Shown piece by piece: positions 1 to 8,813 of a DNA stretch of 17,601 nucleotides. A program made the translations under genes and the position numbers. The DNA comes from Candidatus Brocadiia bacterium (GTDB taxonomy: Bacteria; Planctomycetota; Brocadiia; CAIUPP01): assembly GCA_050015075.1 (NCBI GenBank), contig JBEKCB010000053.1, positions 1-17,601 of the forward strand, written 5' to 3'. Position 1 is the first letter of the stretch. Every line of letters begins with the position of its first letter. Below the pieces are notes generated by a model. That model was not told the origin of the DNA and ran no database searches. It saw nothing but the letters and a program-made list of their open reading frames with translations.

Positions 1-34
1 AATCCTCCAGCGTCTTTCTCAACACATGCTGCAC
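1..34 (-). CDS. Probable 5' end of a divergent gene running off the left edge (MQHVLRKTLED...)
   Basis: GTG at 34-32 preceded by GGGAGG (48-43) at 8 nt spacing; frame open to the window edge. Only 11 codons visible. Confidence 0.4.
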   Translation of the reverse strand, partial: MQHVLRKTLED

Positions 35-142
35 GGGCGTGTCCTCCCAAAAGTGTCCTTGAATCCAACCGGAGGATACGCCCTTTTCTTTCTCCCGACA
101 ATTTACACACGATAGGGTACACTACCACCATATTTGAGCCTC

Positions 143-172
143 TTGCGCCGCTCTTTGGGATCGGCGTATAAT
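143..172 (+). promoter_or_regulatory. Putative sigma70 promoter for the moxR operon
   Basis: TTGCGC (143-148), 18 bp spacer, perfect TATAAT (167-172), about 50 bp upstream of ATG 226. Confidence 0.55.
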
Positions 173-225
173 CGAGTTCACATGATCCCATTGGAGAGCG
201 GCCGAACCTTCTTGGCAGGATACCG

Positions 226-1166
<941 letters not shown>

Positions 1167-1167
<1 letters not shown>

Positions 1168-1212
1168 TGTTTAGTTGCGCAAATTGGCGTACCAATTTGC
1201 GCAACTAAACAC
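1167..1212. repeat. Perfect 21-bp inverted repeat (hairpin A1), 4-nt loop
   Basis: gtgtttagttgcgcaaattgg-cgta-ccaatttgcgcaactaaacac, overlapping the last base of the moxR TAG. Confidence 0.95.
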
Positions 1213-1262
1213 GGCCTAACAGAACGTATAACTCGGTATAATGACGCGGCTTATTGCGGTCA

Positions 1263-1305
1263 TGCTTCCTTGCGGAAATAGGCGTCCTATTTCCGCAAGG
1301 AAGCA
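1263..1305. repeat. Perfect 20-bp inverted repeat (hairpin A2), 3-nt loop, paralog of A1
   Basis: tgcttccttgcggaaatagg-cgt-cctatttccgcaaggaagca; the arm matches the A1 arm at 15/20 positions. Confidence 0.95.
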
Positions 1306-1319
1306 CCAGTCGCAACCGC

Positions 1320-1437
1320 GACGATGGACGAGAGACGATGGATGATAGACGACGGATGATGGACGGCGGACGACGGACGGCCGACGTTGGCCGAAGCCCA
1401 TCCATCGTCCATCGTCTCTCGTCCATCGTCCGTCGTC
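1320..1437. repeat. Heptamer tandem repeat (GAYGRNR-like) followed by inverted copies (hairpin B1)
   Basis: About 10 units gacgatg/gacgaga/gacgatg/gatgata/gacgacg... at 1320-1389 and 5 complementary units at 1403-1437; 1320-1342 is the exact reverse complement of 1408-1430. Confidence 0.9.
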
Positions 1438-2708
1438 GTCCCCGCCATTTCACCTTCCGCATCACGGCCGCCGGTTGGGCGCTGCTGCCGACGAGCATCC
1501 TATTGACGCTCGGCGCGATCAACTCCGGGCTGAACGTCACCTATCTGCTCGCCTGCCTGGCGATCACCATCTTCTTCGTCGGCGTCATCGCGCCGCTGTG
1601 GAGCGGGCGCGGCATGGACTGCCGCCGCGAGGTCCTCGACCCGCCGTACGCCGGCGAGCCGTTCGAGTACACGCTGGTCATCACCAGCCGGCGGCGCAGC
1701 GCGGCGCGGCTGGTGCGCATCCTCGATCCGCTCGGCGGCCCGGGATCCAGGGGAAAACTGGTTGTGGGCATCCCGCCGAAGGGCACGGTCCGGATTCCGT
1801 GCCTCGGCGCTCCGCTGCGGCGCGGCGCGCACCCGATGCCGCCGATCGAGTGGCGCAGCGGGTTCCCGTTCGGCCTGGCCGAGTCCGGCGCGCGGCTGGC
1901 CGCCGGCGGCGAACTGCTGGTCTATCCCGCGCGCGGGCTGCTCGCGCGTCCCCCCGCTTCGGCCGGCAAGCCGGTCGCCGCGCGCGCCGGGGTCCAGAGC
2001 ATCACCGGGCACCTCGCCGAAGACTTTCGTTCGCTGCGCGAATACCACCCCGGCGACAGCCTGCGCCACGTGCACTGGCGCGCCTCGGCCCACCGCGGCG
2101 AGCTGCACGTGCGCGAGATCGAGCGCGAGCGTTTCGCGCCCACGCTGATCCTGCTCGATTCGCGCATCCCGGCGGCCTCGAGCGCGAAGAAGGATCCCGG
2201 CGCGGTGTCCGAGAGTGAAAAGTCCCTGGAGCTGGCGGTGAGCTTCGCCGCCGAGGTCGCCCGCAGCGCCATGCGCCAGGGCGGCAACGTGACGATCGCC
2301 GGCTACTTCCCGCAGCCGGCCCTGTTGACCGCCGCCGTGCGAGGCGCTTTCAGGTTCGAAGAGGGCGAGTATTCCGCCACGGTGAACGCGAACGACGCGG
2401 AGAAGACCCATGCGGCAGAACCGGGCCGCGGAGGCAGTTTCGACCGGGTGATGGAAGCCCTCGCCCGGCTGACGCCTTCGGACGCCGCGACGGCCGGCGC
2501 GCTGCTGCCGCTCGCCGCGCGGGCCGGCTTGAGTTCCCGCGGACGCGTCATGGGCGTCAGCCTGACGTCCGCGACGGCCCAGTCGCTCCGCGACGCCTTC
2601 GCCGGCCGCCCGGTGGAGATCTACGCCGTCTCCGAGGCGGCGTTCTCCGAGGTATTCCGGCTCGTGGTCCATCGCGAAGAGCCGTTGCTTCACCGCGACG
2701 AGCCGTAA
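1338..2708 (+). CDS. DUF58 domain-containing protein with N-terminal TM helices (MoxR partner); start uncertain
   Basis: N-terminal TMs (GAINSGLNVTYLL), FPFGL, LLVYP, EDFRSLREYHPGDSLRHVHWRASA, LILLD, ELAVSFAA; lies between moxR and the transglutaminase gene. In-frame ATGs at 1338/1356/1359 are inside the heptamer repeat. Confidence 0.88.
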   Translation: MDDRRRMMDGGRRTADVGRSPSIVHRLSSIVRRRPRHFTFRITAAGWALLPTSILLTLGAINSGLNVTYLLACLAITIFFVGVIAPLWSGRGMDCRREVLDPPYAGEPFEYTLVITSRRRSAARLVRILDPLGGPGSRGKLVVGIPPKGTVRIPCLGAPLRRGAHPMPPIEWRSGFPFGLAESGARLAAGGELLVYPARGLLARPPASAGKPVAARAGVQSITGHLAEDFRSLREYHPGDSLRHVHWRASAHRGELHVREIERERFAPTLILLDSRIPAASSAKKDPGAVSESEKSLELAVSFAAEVARSAMRQGGNVTIAGYFPQPALLTAAVRGAFRFEEGEYSATVNANDAEKTHAAEPGRGGSFDRVMEALARLTPSDAATAGALLPLAARAGLSSRGRVMGVSLTSATAQSLRDAFAGRPVEIYAVSEAAFSEVFRLVVHREEPLLHRDEP

Positions 2709-2710
2709 GT

Positions 2711-2815
2711 TCACCACGACGGCACAACGAGCACGACGAGCGAGGCGCAAAGGACATCAAAACACCGGATTGCCGTGACAACAGTTCCGTCGTGATCGTC
2801 GTAGCGTCGCGGTGA
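2711..2815. repeat. Imperfect inverted repeat built on a 9-bp period (hairpin C1)
   Basis: tcaccacgacggcacaacgagcacgacg (2711-2738) vs cgtcgtgatcgtcgtagcgtcgcggtga (2788-2815), 23/28 complementary; begins 2 nt after the DUF58 stop. Confidence 0.8.
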
Positions 2816-2909
2816 GTGCACGGTGGTCCGTTGTGTTGACGTTCGCAGTGCCCGCCGTGGCGAAAGAGCGCGTTCCGTTGTTTTCGCAAACGTCAATGGA
2901 AGCCGGACG

Positions 2910-5138
2910 ATGACATTCGACCGCGCCTCACTGCTCCTGAACATGCTGCTCATCCTGGTCAGCGTCGGCGCGCACCAGGCGGGCGCGGAGGAATTCGCGT
3001 TCTTTCTGGTCACCGTCGCCGTGTGCGTCGTCGTCTGGCGGCGCGAAAAGGCCGGGCGGCCGCTGCTGCTGAGCGACACGGTCGGCACGGTCATCTGCGT
3101 GGTCGCGTTCGTCGCGCTCATGTGGCGCGGCATCTCCAGCGCCACCACGGGCGGCTACCGCATGACGGACGTCGGCATCGCGCCCGTCGGCGACTTCCTC
3201 ATCGTTTTCCAGTGGGTCACGCTCTGCCGCAAGCGAAAGGGACACGACTACTTCTGGATGTACCTGGTCACGCTCATCCTTATGGGCACGGCCGGGCTGC
3301 AAATGCCGGGGCTCGCGTACGGGTTCTTCTTCATCGCGTACGCGTTCCTGGCGATCTGCGCGCTGGCGATGTCTCACGCCGCGAGGGAAGCGCTCGCGGC
3401 CGGCGTGGAGTTCGCGGCGTTGAAGGCGAGCGCGCCGCCGCGGATCAACGGCCGATTCTACCTGGGCGCGCTGGTGGCCACGGCGCTGGTGCTGATCGCC
3501 GTCGCGGTGCTCTTCATCGTCATGCCGCGGACCTCCGCCACCGGCACGATCGCGCCGGCGATCCTCCGCATGGGGCAGCAGCCGACCAGCGGCTTCTCGA
3601 ACACCGTCCGGCTCGGCGCCGTCGGCCAGATTCAGGAGGACCCCACGCCGGTCATGCATGTCTCCATCCGCGACCCGAAGACCGGCGAAGCCATTCAGCT
3701 CCCGTCGCTGCTGCTGCGCGGGCTGCCGCTCGACACCTACGTCCGGGAGGAGGATGCCTGGTCCTGGCAGGTCGCCTCGCGGCGCGCCGGCCGGTGGTAC
3801 TGGGAATCCGCCGCCCGGTCTCCGCGCTTCGACTTCATTTACGAGGCGAGTTTCCCCGGCTACGACGAGGAGCCGTACCGCGAGATCACCTGCGACATCT
3901 CGATCGAGCCGCTCGACACGCCGCTCCTCTTCGCGCCGTTCGCGCCGGAGAGCTTCAGCTCGCCCAAGCGGTTCCCGGTCGGCGTCAACGCGCGCACGTA
4001 CGTTCTTGAGAACGGCATCCCCTACCGCCGCACGCCGCTCAGCTACAGCGTCACCTCGCGTCTCTTCGACGCGGCCCCGCCGCCGACGCCGCCGGCGCAC
4101 GCGCTGCCGGAGGAATTCCTGCGCCCGTACCTGGCGCTGCCGAGCGAACTCTCGCCGAAGATCCGCGCCCTCGCCCAGGAGATCGCGCCGCAGTCGCTCC
4201 GGACCGACTACGAGAAGGCCGAGCGCATCCTCGAGTACCTCTCCGACTCCGGCCGCTTCAGCTACACCACCGAGTTGAAGCCGACCGCCGGCGTGGAGCC
4301 GGTCGAGGACTTCCTCTTCAACCTCAAGCGCGGCCACTGCGAATACTTCGCCTCGAGCATGGTCGTGCTGCTGCGCGAGGTCAACGTGCCGGCGCGGCTG
4401 GTCAACGGATTCAAAGTCAGCGAATGGAACCCGATCTCCGAAGCGTACATCGTCCGGCAGCAGCACGCGCACTCCTGGGTCGAGGCGTACCTGCGGCCGT
4501 ACGGCTGGCGCACGCTCGATCCGACCGCCGCCTCGCGCGACGCCGCCACGCCCAGCCCCATGCTCGCCCGGCGGATCGGGAACAATATCTACGACTGGAT
4601 AGACTCGCTGTGGGTCGCGTACGTCCTCAACTTCGACTCCTTCAGCCAGTCCAGCCCGTACAACTGGCTGCGGAGAATCGTCAGTCTCACCGAACAGTGG
4701 ACGACGAGCGGCCCGCTCAGGCACTTCGGCATAGGGCTGGGCGCGTCCAAGTTCCAGACGTCCGAACTGACCGGCCCGCTTTACGTAATCCTCATCGCAA
4801 TCCGCTGGATTGCCATGGTGCTGCTCGTCATCGGGCTGGTGTGGGCGATTGCGCGCGGCATCGCCATCTTGCGGAAACGGGAGCGGCCGGCGCCGAACCG
4901 GTTCAAGTATTACGCCCGCATGGAGCGGCTGCTCGGGCGGCGCGGATTCCGGCGCGCGGGCGCGCAGACGCCATGGGAATTCAGCGCGGCGCTCGCCGCG
5001 CGGCAATGGCCGGCCGCCGCGGAAGTCGCCGCGATCACCGACCGGTTCTGCCGCGTCCGCTACGGCGCGCGCCCGCTCGCCGAGGCCGACCTGCGCCGGA
5101 TCGAGCAGGCGCTGCAAGCGATCAGCCGGACGCGCTGA
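2910..5138 (+). CDS. Membrane transglutaminase-like protein (TgpA-like: DUF3488 + transglutaminase core + DUF4129)
   Basis: Several N-terminal TMs, SGFSNTVRLG, catalytic triad motifs GHCEYFASSM / HAHSWVEAY / WRTLDPT, C-terminal TM then RAGAQTPWEF...RVRYG (DUF4129-like). ATG 2910 preferred over GTG 2823. Confidence 0.92.
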   Translation: MTFDRASLLLNMLLILVSVGAHQAGAEEFAFFLVTVAVCVVVWRREKAGRPLLLSDTVGTVICVVAFVALMWRGISSATTGGYRMTDVGIAPVGDFLIVFQWVTLCRKRKGHDYFWMYLVTLILMGTAGLQMPGLAYGFFFIAYAFLAICALAMSHAAREALAAGVEFAALKASAPPRINGRFYLGALVATALVLIAVAVLFIVMPRTSATGTIAPAILRMGQQPTSGFSNTVRLGAVGQIQEDPTPVMHVSIRDPKTGEAIQLPSLLLRGLPLDTYVREEDAWSWQVASRRAGRWYWESAARSPRFDFIYEASFPGYDEEPYREITCDISIEPLDTPLLFAPFAPESFSSPKRFPVGVNARTYVLENGIPYRRTPLSYSVTSRLFDAAPPPTPPAHALPEEFLRPYLALPSELSPKIRALAQEIAPQSLRTDYEKAERILEYLSDSGRFSYTTELKPTAGVEPVEDFLFNLKRGHCEYFASSMVVLLREVNVPARLVNGFKVSEWNPISEAYIVRQQHAHSWVEAYLRPYGWRTLDPTAASRDAATPSPMLARRIGNNIYDWIDSLWVAYVLNFDSFSQSSPYNWLRRIVSLTEQWTTSGPLRHFGIGLGASKFQTSELTGPLYVILIAIRWIAMVLLVIGLVWAIARGIAILRKRERPAPNRFKYYARMERLLGRRGFRRAGAQTPWEFSAALAARQWPAAAEVAAITDRFCRVRYGARPLAEADLRRIEQALQAISRTR

Positions 5139-5198
5139 CTCTCCGCGCAGTCGTCCTGCTATCCCGATTTTAAGCGGCATGGAAGCGAGGAACAGACG

Positions 5199-6266
5199 AT
5201 GAGCGACCTGAAATCAGGCTTCTCGCCCCGGGAATGGGAAACGCTTCGGCAAAACTATGCGGCGTGGTGGCGCGGCGAGCTGGACCGGCCGCTGGTGAAC
5301 GCGAGCGTGGCCGACCCCGAGGTCTGGAAGCTCTCATCGTTCCTGACGAACTGGCCGCAGGACATGTCCGACGACGAACTGGTTTCGGCCGTGGAGGAGA
5401 AGTTCTTGCACTGGCGGTTCTATGGGGACGCGTTCCCGCACTTCTTCATCAACTACGGTCCCGGCACGGCGGCGGCGTTCGCGGGTGCGTTGCTGCGCGC
5501 CGCGCCGGATACGGTCTGGTTCGAGCCGGCATCGCCATCGCCGGTGGCCGATATCCGCATCGCGCTCGACCGGAAGAACCTCTGGTGGCGCCGCGTGCGG
5601 CATGTGACGGAGGTCCTCGCCCGGCGCCTGGGCGGCCGGATCCAGATCAGCATCGCGGACGTCGGCGGCAACCTCGATATCCTGGCGTCGCTTCGAAGGA
5701 CCGATGAGTTGCTCATGGACGTGACCGAGCAGTCCGCCGAGGTGCGCCGCTGCTGCCGGGAAATCACCCGCATGTGGCTGGAGGTGTTCGACGAACTTTA
5801 CGCGCTCATCCAGCCGCACTGCGCCGGGTGCGTTCCATGGGCCCCGACCTGGGCGCCCGGGCCGACGTACATGCTTCAGTCCGATTTCAGCTACATGATC
5901 TCGCCGACCATGTTCAAGGATTTCGTCCTGCCCGACCTGAAGGCCTGCTGCGACCGTCTGGAGTATTCGTTCTATCACCTGGACGGCGTCGGCGAGCTGC
6001 CGCACCTGGACCAGTTGCTCTCCATCCCGAATCTTCACGGCATTCAGTGGATACCGGGCGCCGGCAAGCCTCCGCCGTCCGAATGGCCCGAAGTGCTGGA
6101 CCGGATTCGCTCAGCCGGGAAGCTGGTCCAGGTTTACGTCACGCCGGAAGAAGCCAGGAAGATCGTCCGGCGGCATGGCGGAAAGGGATTTTACCTGGCG
6201 CTGAGCGGCGAGGGCATCACCGACGCTTCCGCTCCCGGGCTGGTGAGAGAATTCGGCGGCGCTTGA
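5199..6266 (+). CDS. Uroporphyrinogen decarboxylase (URO-D/CIMS)-like TIM-barrel protein, function unknown
   Basis: WWRGELDRP, NYGPG, DILASLR..ELLMD, QSDFSYMISPTMFKDFVLP, YHLDG...HLD, IQWIPGAG; GAGG RBS upstream. Confidence 0.8.
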   Translation: MSDLKSGFSPREWETLRQNYAAWWRGELDRPLVNASVADPEVWKLSSFLTNWPQDMSDDELVSAVEEKFLHWRFYGDAFPHFFINYGPGTAAAFAGALLRAAPDTVWFEPASPSPVADIRIALDRKNLWWRRVRHVTEVLARRLGGRIQISIADVGGNLDILASLRRTDELLMDVTEQSAEVRRCCREITRMWLEVFDELYALIQPHCAGCVPWAPTWAPGPTYMLQSDFSYMISPTMFKDFVLPDLKACCDRLEYSFYHLDGVGELPHLDQLLSIPNLHGIQWIPGAGKPPPSEWPEVLDRIRSAGKLVQVYVTPEEARKIVRRHGGKGFYLALSGEGITDASAPGLVREFGGA

Positions 6267-6310
6267 CCCGCCGCGCGATAAGCAGGTTGCCCCGATCCAT
6301 CCCGGTCTGC

Positions 6311-7114
6311 TTACCTGGCCACCCGCTGAAGAGCGATCACTATGTTTCGCCACTTGACCAGGAACTCTTCGCGCGGTATCCGGCGCGCTCCGCTCAGCGG
6401 GTCCGCCAGCATGACGTAATCCTCGTTCGCACTCAAGACGACGGCGTAATGATCCAGATGAGTGGACAGATTGAAGACGACGATGACGGGAAGCTGGCTC
6501 GACCGGAGGTTCTGCCAGTTCGACTCGGCGACGGTGACGTCGTATCCTGCGGGCAACGCCTTCTCGCGGATGGCCAACGCCAGTTGGACGTCGTCCACGC
6601 CCCGCAGCGGATCCGCCAGCGAAAGCCGCGCCATTTCGCCCTCGGTGGCGGAAACGCGGAAGTGCGAGAGGAGCGTCACCGCGCACGCCGGTCCACACGT
6701 CCAGCCGGTGGTCTGGCGGCAGATGCCGTCTGCGCCCACTTTGTGCTCGAGCGGCGCCAGGTCCATGCCGTGGATGGCGAAGAGCCGATAAAAAGTAATG
6801 AGGGCGTAAACCGCCGTGCAGGTGATAAAAGCCACGCGGGGCTTTCGCGCGATGGATGCGGAAGAGGCAATGCCGAGCATCAGAAAGGCGAAAAACGCCG
6901 GCCACCATGTATAAATCTGTCCCCAGGGTCCGGTGGTCGCGGCGACGTAACCCACGCTCGGCCAGTAGACCAGCGCCGCCGGGAGAAGGATGAACGGAAT
7001 GCAGACGACCAGGCCCACGAAGGCGGCCTTTGGCCCATGCCCTCCCAGTTGCTGGCCGAAGAGGAAGAGAACTGCGAAGAGAGCCGCCAGGATCAGAGAT
7101 AAGGACCAGGTCAT
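6311..7114 (-). CDS. Membrane-anchored C39-family (papain-like) peptidase domain protein
   Basis: About 4 N-terminal hydrophobic segments, then RQTTGWTCGPAC (Q, C), HYAVV (H), VMLADPLSG (D), EEFLVKWRN; no ABC domain. Confidence 0.8.
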   Translation of the reverse strand: MTWSLSLILAALFAVLFLFGQQLGGHGPKAAFVGLVVCIPFILLPAALVYWPSVGYVAATTGPWGQIYTWWPAFFAFLMLGIASSASIARKPRVAFITCTAVYALITFYRLFAIHGMDLAPLEHKVGADGICRQTTGWTCGPACAVTLLSHFRVSATEGEMARLSLADPLRGVDDVQLALAIREKALPAGYDVTVAESNWQNLRSSQLPVIVVFNLSTHLDHYAVVLSANEDYVMLADPLSGARRIPREEFLVKWRNIVIALQRVAR

Positions 7115-7182
7115 CCCGCGCGGACTCCCACTAGCTTCAAGACCTTGCTGCCAGGCGCGGCAAGAGGGGCACCATCAACTTC

Positions 7183-8031
7183 TCAGTTGATCTCACGCTG
7201 GTAAATCCAATCGGACGGCCCTTTAACCTCGGCACGGACGAAGCCCATGTCGGTGAAGAATTTGACCTCGCGCACGAACGCGATGCGCACGCGCGCGTGC
7301 GGCAGCGGCTGCGGCAGCGGGCCCTGCGAGCAGAATTTCCAGAGGAGCGCGCGGATGAACCGGCTGAAGTTGGCCTTGTCGCCCGGCTCGACGGCGAAGT
7401 TCAGCGCCTGGTCCGCCGGGACGTATTTCACGTAGCCGATCGGCTTGCCGTCGAGTTCCACCACCCAGAAGTTCGCGCTCTCGCGCGAGAAGTAGTCGTT
7501 GGGCAGACTGAGGCTGACCTTGTGCGCTCGGTCGCTGAACGCCTTGGCCAGCGCAACGAGCGGCGCGTCGTCGCTCGGCTTGCGCGGGCGGAATTGCACG
7601 CGGTCGAGCGCCGCCTTCACCTCGCGCCAATGGCCGAGCTGGCGGTCGAGTCCCTGCTGGACATCGGCCAGTTCCCCGAGCATCGCGGGGATGCCGGTCT
7701 TATGCGCGGCGGTGAAGACCTTCGGGAACTGCTTCATGCAATCGTTGTAGAATCGCAGCAGGTCGCCGAAATCGGTCAGCGCCGTGAGCGCCGACTCCAG
7801 TTGCGGCAGCGGGTAGCATTTGCGCGCGTCGCGGTCGAACGCGCGGCGGATCTCGCCGAACCGCGTCGCGAGCGCCTCGGGCGTATCTCCCTTCAGGCGA
7901 CGGCCGAGCGCTTCCTCGTTCCGCTCCTGCTCGAGGCGCTTCTCGATCTCGCGCCGTTTCTCCTGCTCGACCACATGGTCGCGCACTTTCGTCAACTGGT
8001 CACGCCAGGACAGTTCGCCGCCGCCGGCCAT
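7183..8031 (-). CDS. Hypothetical protein: N-terminal coiled-coil/helical region, C-terminal GNAT-like fold
   Basis: Coding-like composition; FWVVELDGKPIGYVKY and KFFTDMGF resemble GNAT motifs; good promoter upstream. Confidence 0.65.
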   Translation of the reverse strand: MAGGGELSWRDQLTKVRDHVVEQEKRREIEKRLEQERNEEALGRRLKGDTPEALATRFGEIRRAFDRDARKCYPLPQLESALTALTDFGDLLRFYNDCMKQFPKVFTAAHKTGIPAMLGELADVQQGLDRQLGHWREVKAALDRVQFRPRKPSDDAPLVALAKAFSDRAHKVSLSLPNDYFSRESANFWVVELDGKPIGYVKYVPADQALNFAVEPGDKANFSRFIRALLWKFCSQGPLPQPLPHARVRIAFVREVKFFTDMGFVRAEVKGPSDWIYQREIN

Positions 8032-8090
8032 AAGGAGGAACCCGATTTGAAGAGGATTAGTGAGATGCAGCTTACTGGACTCGGTGTGCG

Positions 8091-8119
8091 ATTCTAGCAG
8101 TGCCCGGCGCGAACGTCAA
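8091..8119 (-). promoter_or_regulatory. Putative sigma70 promoter for the 8031/7114 minus-strand genes
   Basis: TTGACG (8119-8114), 17 bp spacer, TAGAAT (8096-8091) with an extended TGn. Confidence 0.65.
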
Positions 8120-8150
8120 GTATGAATGCGGGACGCCGCGCCGGCGCCAC

Positions 8151-8179
8151 TTGAATTGACCGCGGCCAAAGACTACCAT
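8151..8179 (+). promoter_or_regulatory. Putative divergent sigma70 promoter for the ferritin-like operon
   Basis: TTGAAT (8151-8156), 17 bp spacer, TACCAT (8174-8179). Confidence 0.45.
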
Positions 8180-8227
8180 CAGGTCATGGGGCCGTTCCGC
8201 GGGCATGCATTCGACAGGAGGCGGCGA

Positions 8228-8710
8228 ATGTCCATCTTCGATACGCGCGAGGTGCTGAGGATCGCGATCATGGACGAGGAAACCGGCGTAGCGTTCTACC
8301 ATTCGCTCGCCTCGGCGACGCGGCGGCCGGACGTGCAGTCGGAGTGCATCGCGATCGGCCAGCAGGAAGAGATGCACGCGCAGCGGTTCCGCAAGATGCT
8401 CAGCGACCTCGGCGAGTACGCGCCGCAGGAGGAATACACCGGCCAGTACGAGGCGTTTCTCAATGCGCTCGTCGAGAGCCGCGCCTTCCCGAACCCCGCC
8501 GAGGCGGCCCGCCGCGCCGGCGCCGCGCGCAGCGATGCCGAGGCGATTGACCTGGCGATCCGCCTCGAAAAGGACACGTTCATCTTCCTCTGCGAGATCA
8601 AGCCGACGCTGCCGCCGGTGCACACCGACATCGTCGAGGCCGTCATCAATGAGGAGCGCCAGCACTTGACCGATCTCTCGCGGCTGCGGCGGACGGTTGT
8701 GGGCGGATGA
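8228..8710 (+). CDS. Ferritin-like / rubrerythrin-family diiron protein
   Basis: AIMDEETGVAFY, QEEMH, AIRLEKD, INEERQH (two ExxH motifs); AGGAGG RBS just upstream of ATG 8228. Confidence 0.88.
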   Translation: MSIFDTREVLRIAIMDEETGVAFYHSLASATRRPDVQSECIAIGQQEEMHAQRFRKMLSDLGEYAPQEEYTGQYEAFLNALVESRAFPNPAEAARRAGAARSDAEAIDLAIRLEKDTFIFLCEIKPTLPPVHTDIVEAVINEERQHLTDLSRLRRTVVGG

Positions 8711-8813
8711 GTGAAGAATGCGGAGTGCAGAGCGCAGAGTTGAAACAGGCCGTGCGAAGCCCGAGCCGAATTCCATGCTGCATTCCGCATTCTGCACCTT
8801 GCACTCCGCGTTC
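8709..8813. repeat. Heptamer tandem repeat (GARTGCR-like) with inverted copies (hairpin B2)
   Basis: gagtgaa gaatgcg gagtgca gagcgca gagttga (8709-8743) and tgcattc cgcattc tgcacct tgcactc cgcgttc (8779-8813). Confidence 0.85.

Noticed and set aside
120-141. NrdR-box-like ccaccatatttgag
   Set aside because: It lacks the conserved G in the right half, no clear second box is present, and the divergent gene is unidentified.
1254-1337. TTG 1254 start for the DUF58 gene
   Set aside because: It would translate through hairpin A2 and has no RBS; likely an ORF-caller extension.
2928-5180. Long antisense and alternate-frame ORFs (also 178-1116, 1500-2750, 5774-7102, 8072-9130, 12127-13056)
   Set aside because: Typical shadows of high-GC codon bias opposite well-supported genes; R/A/G-rich with no motifs.
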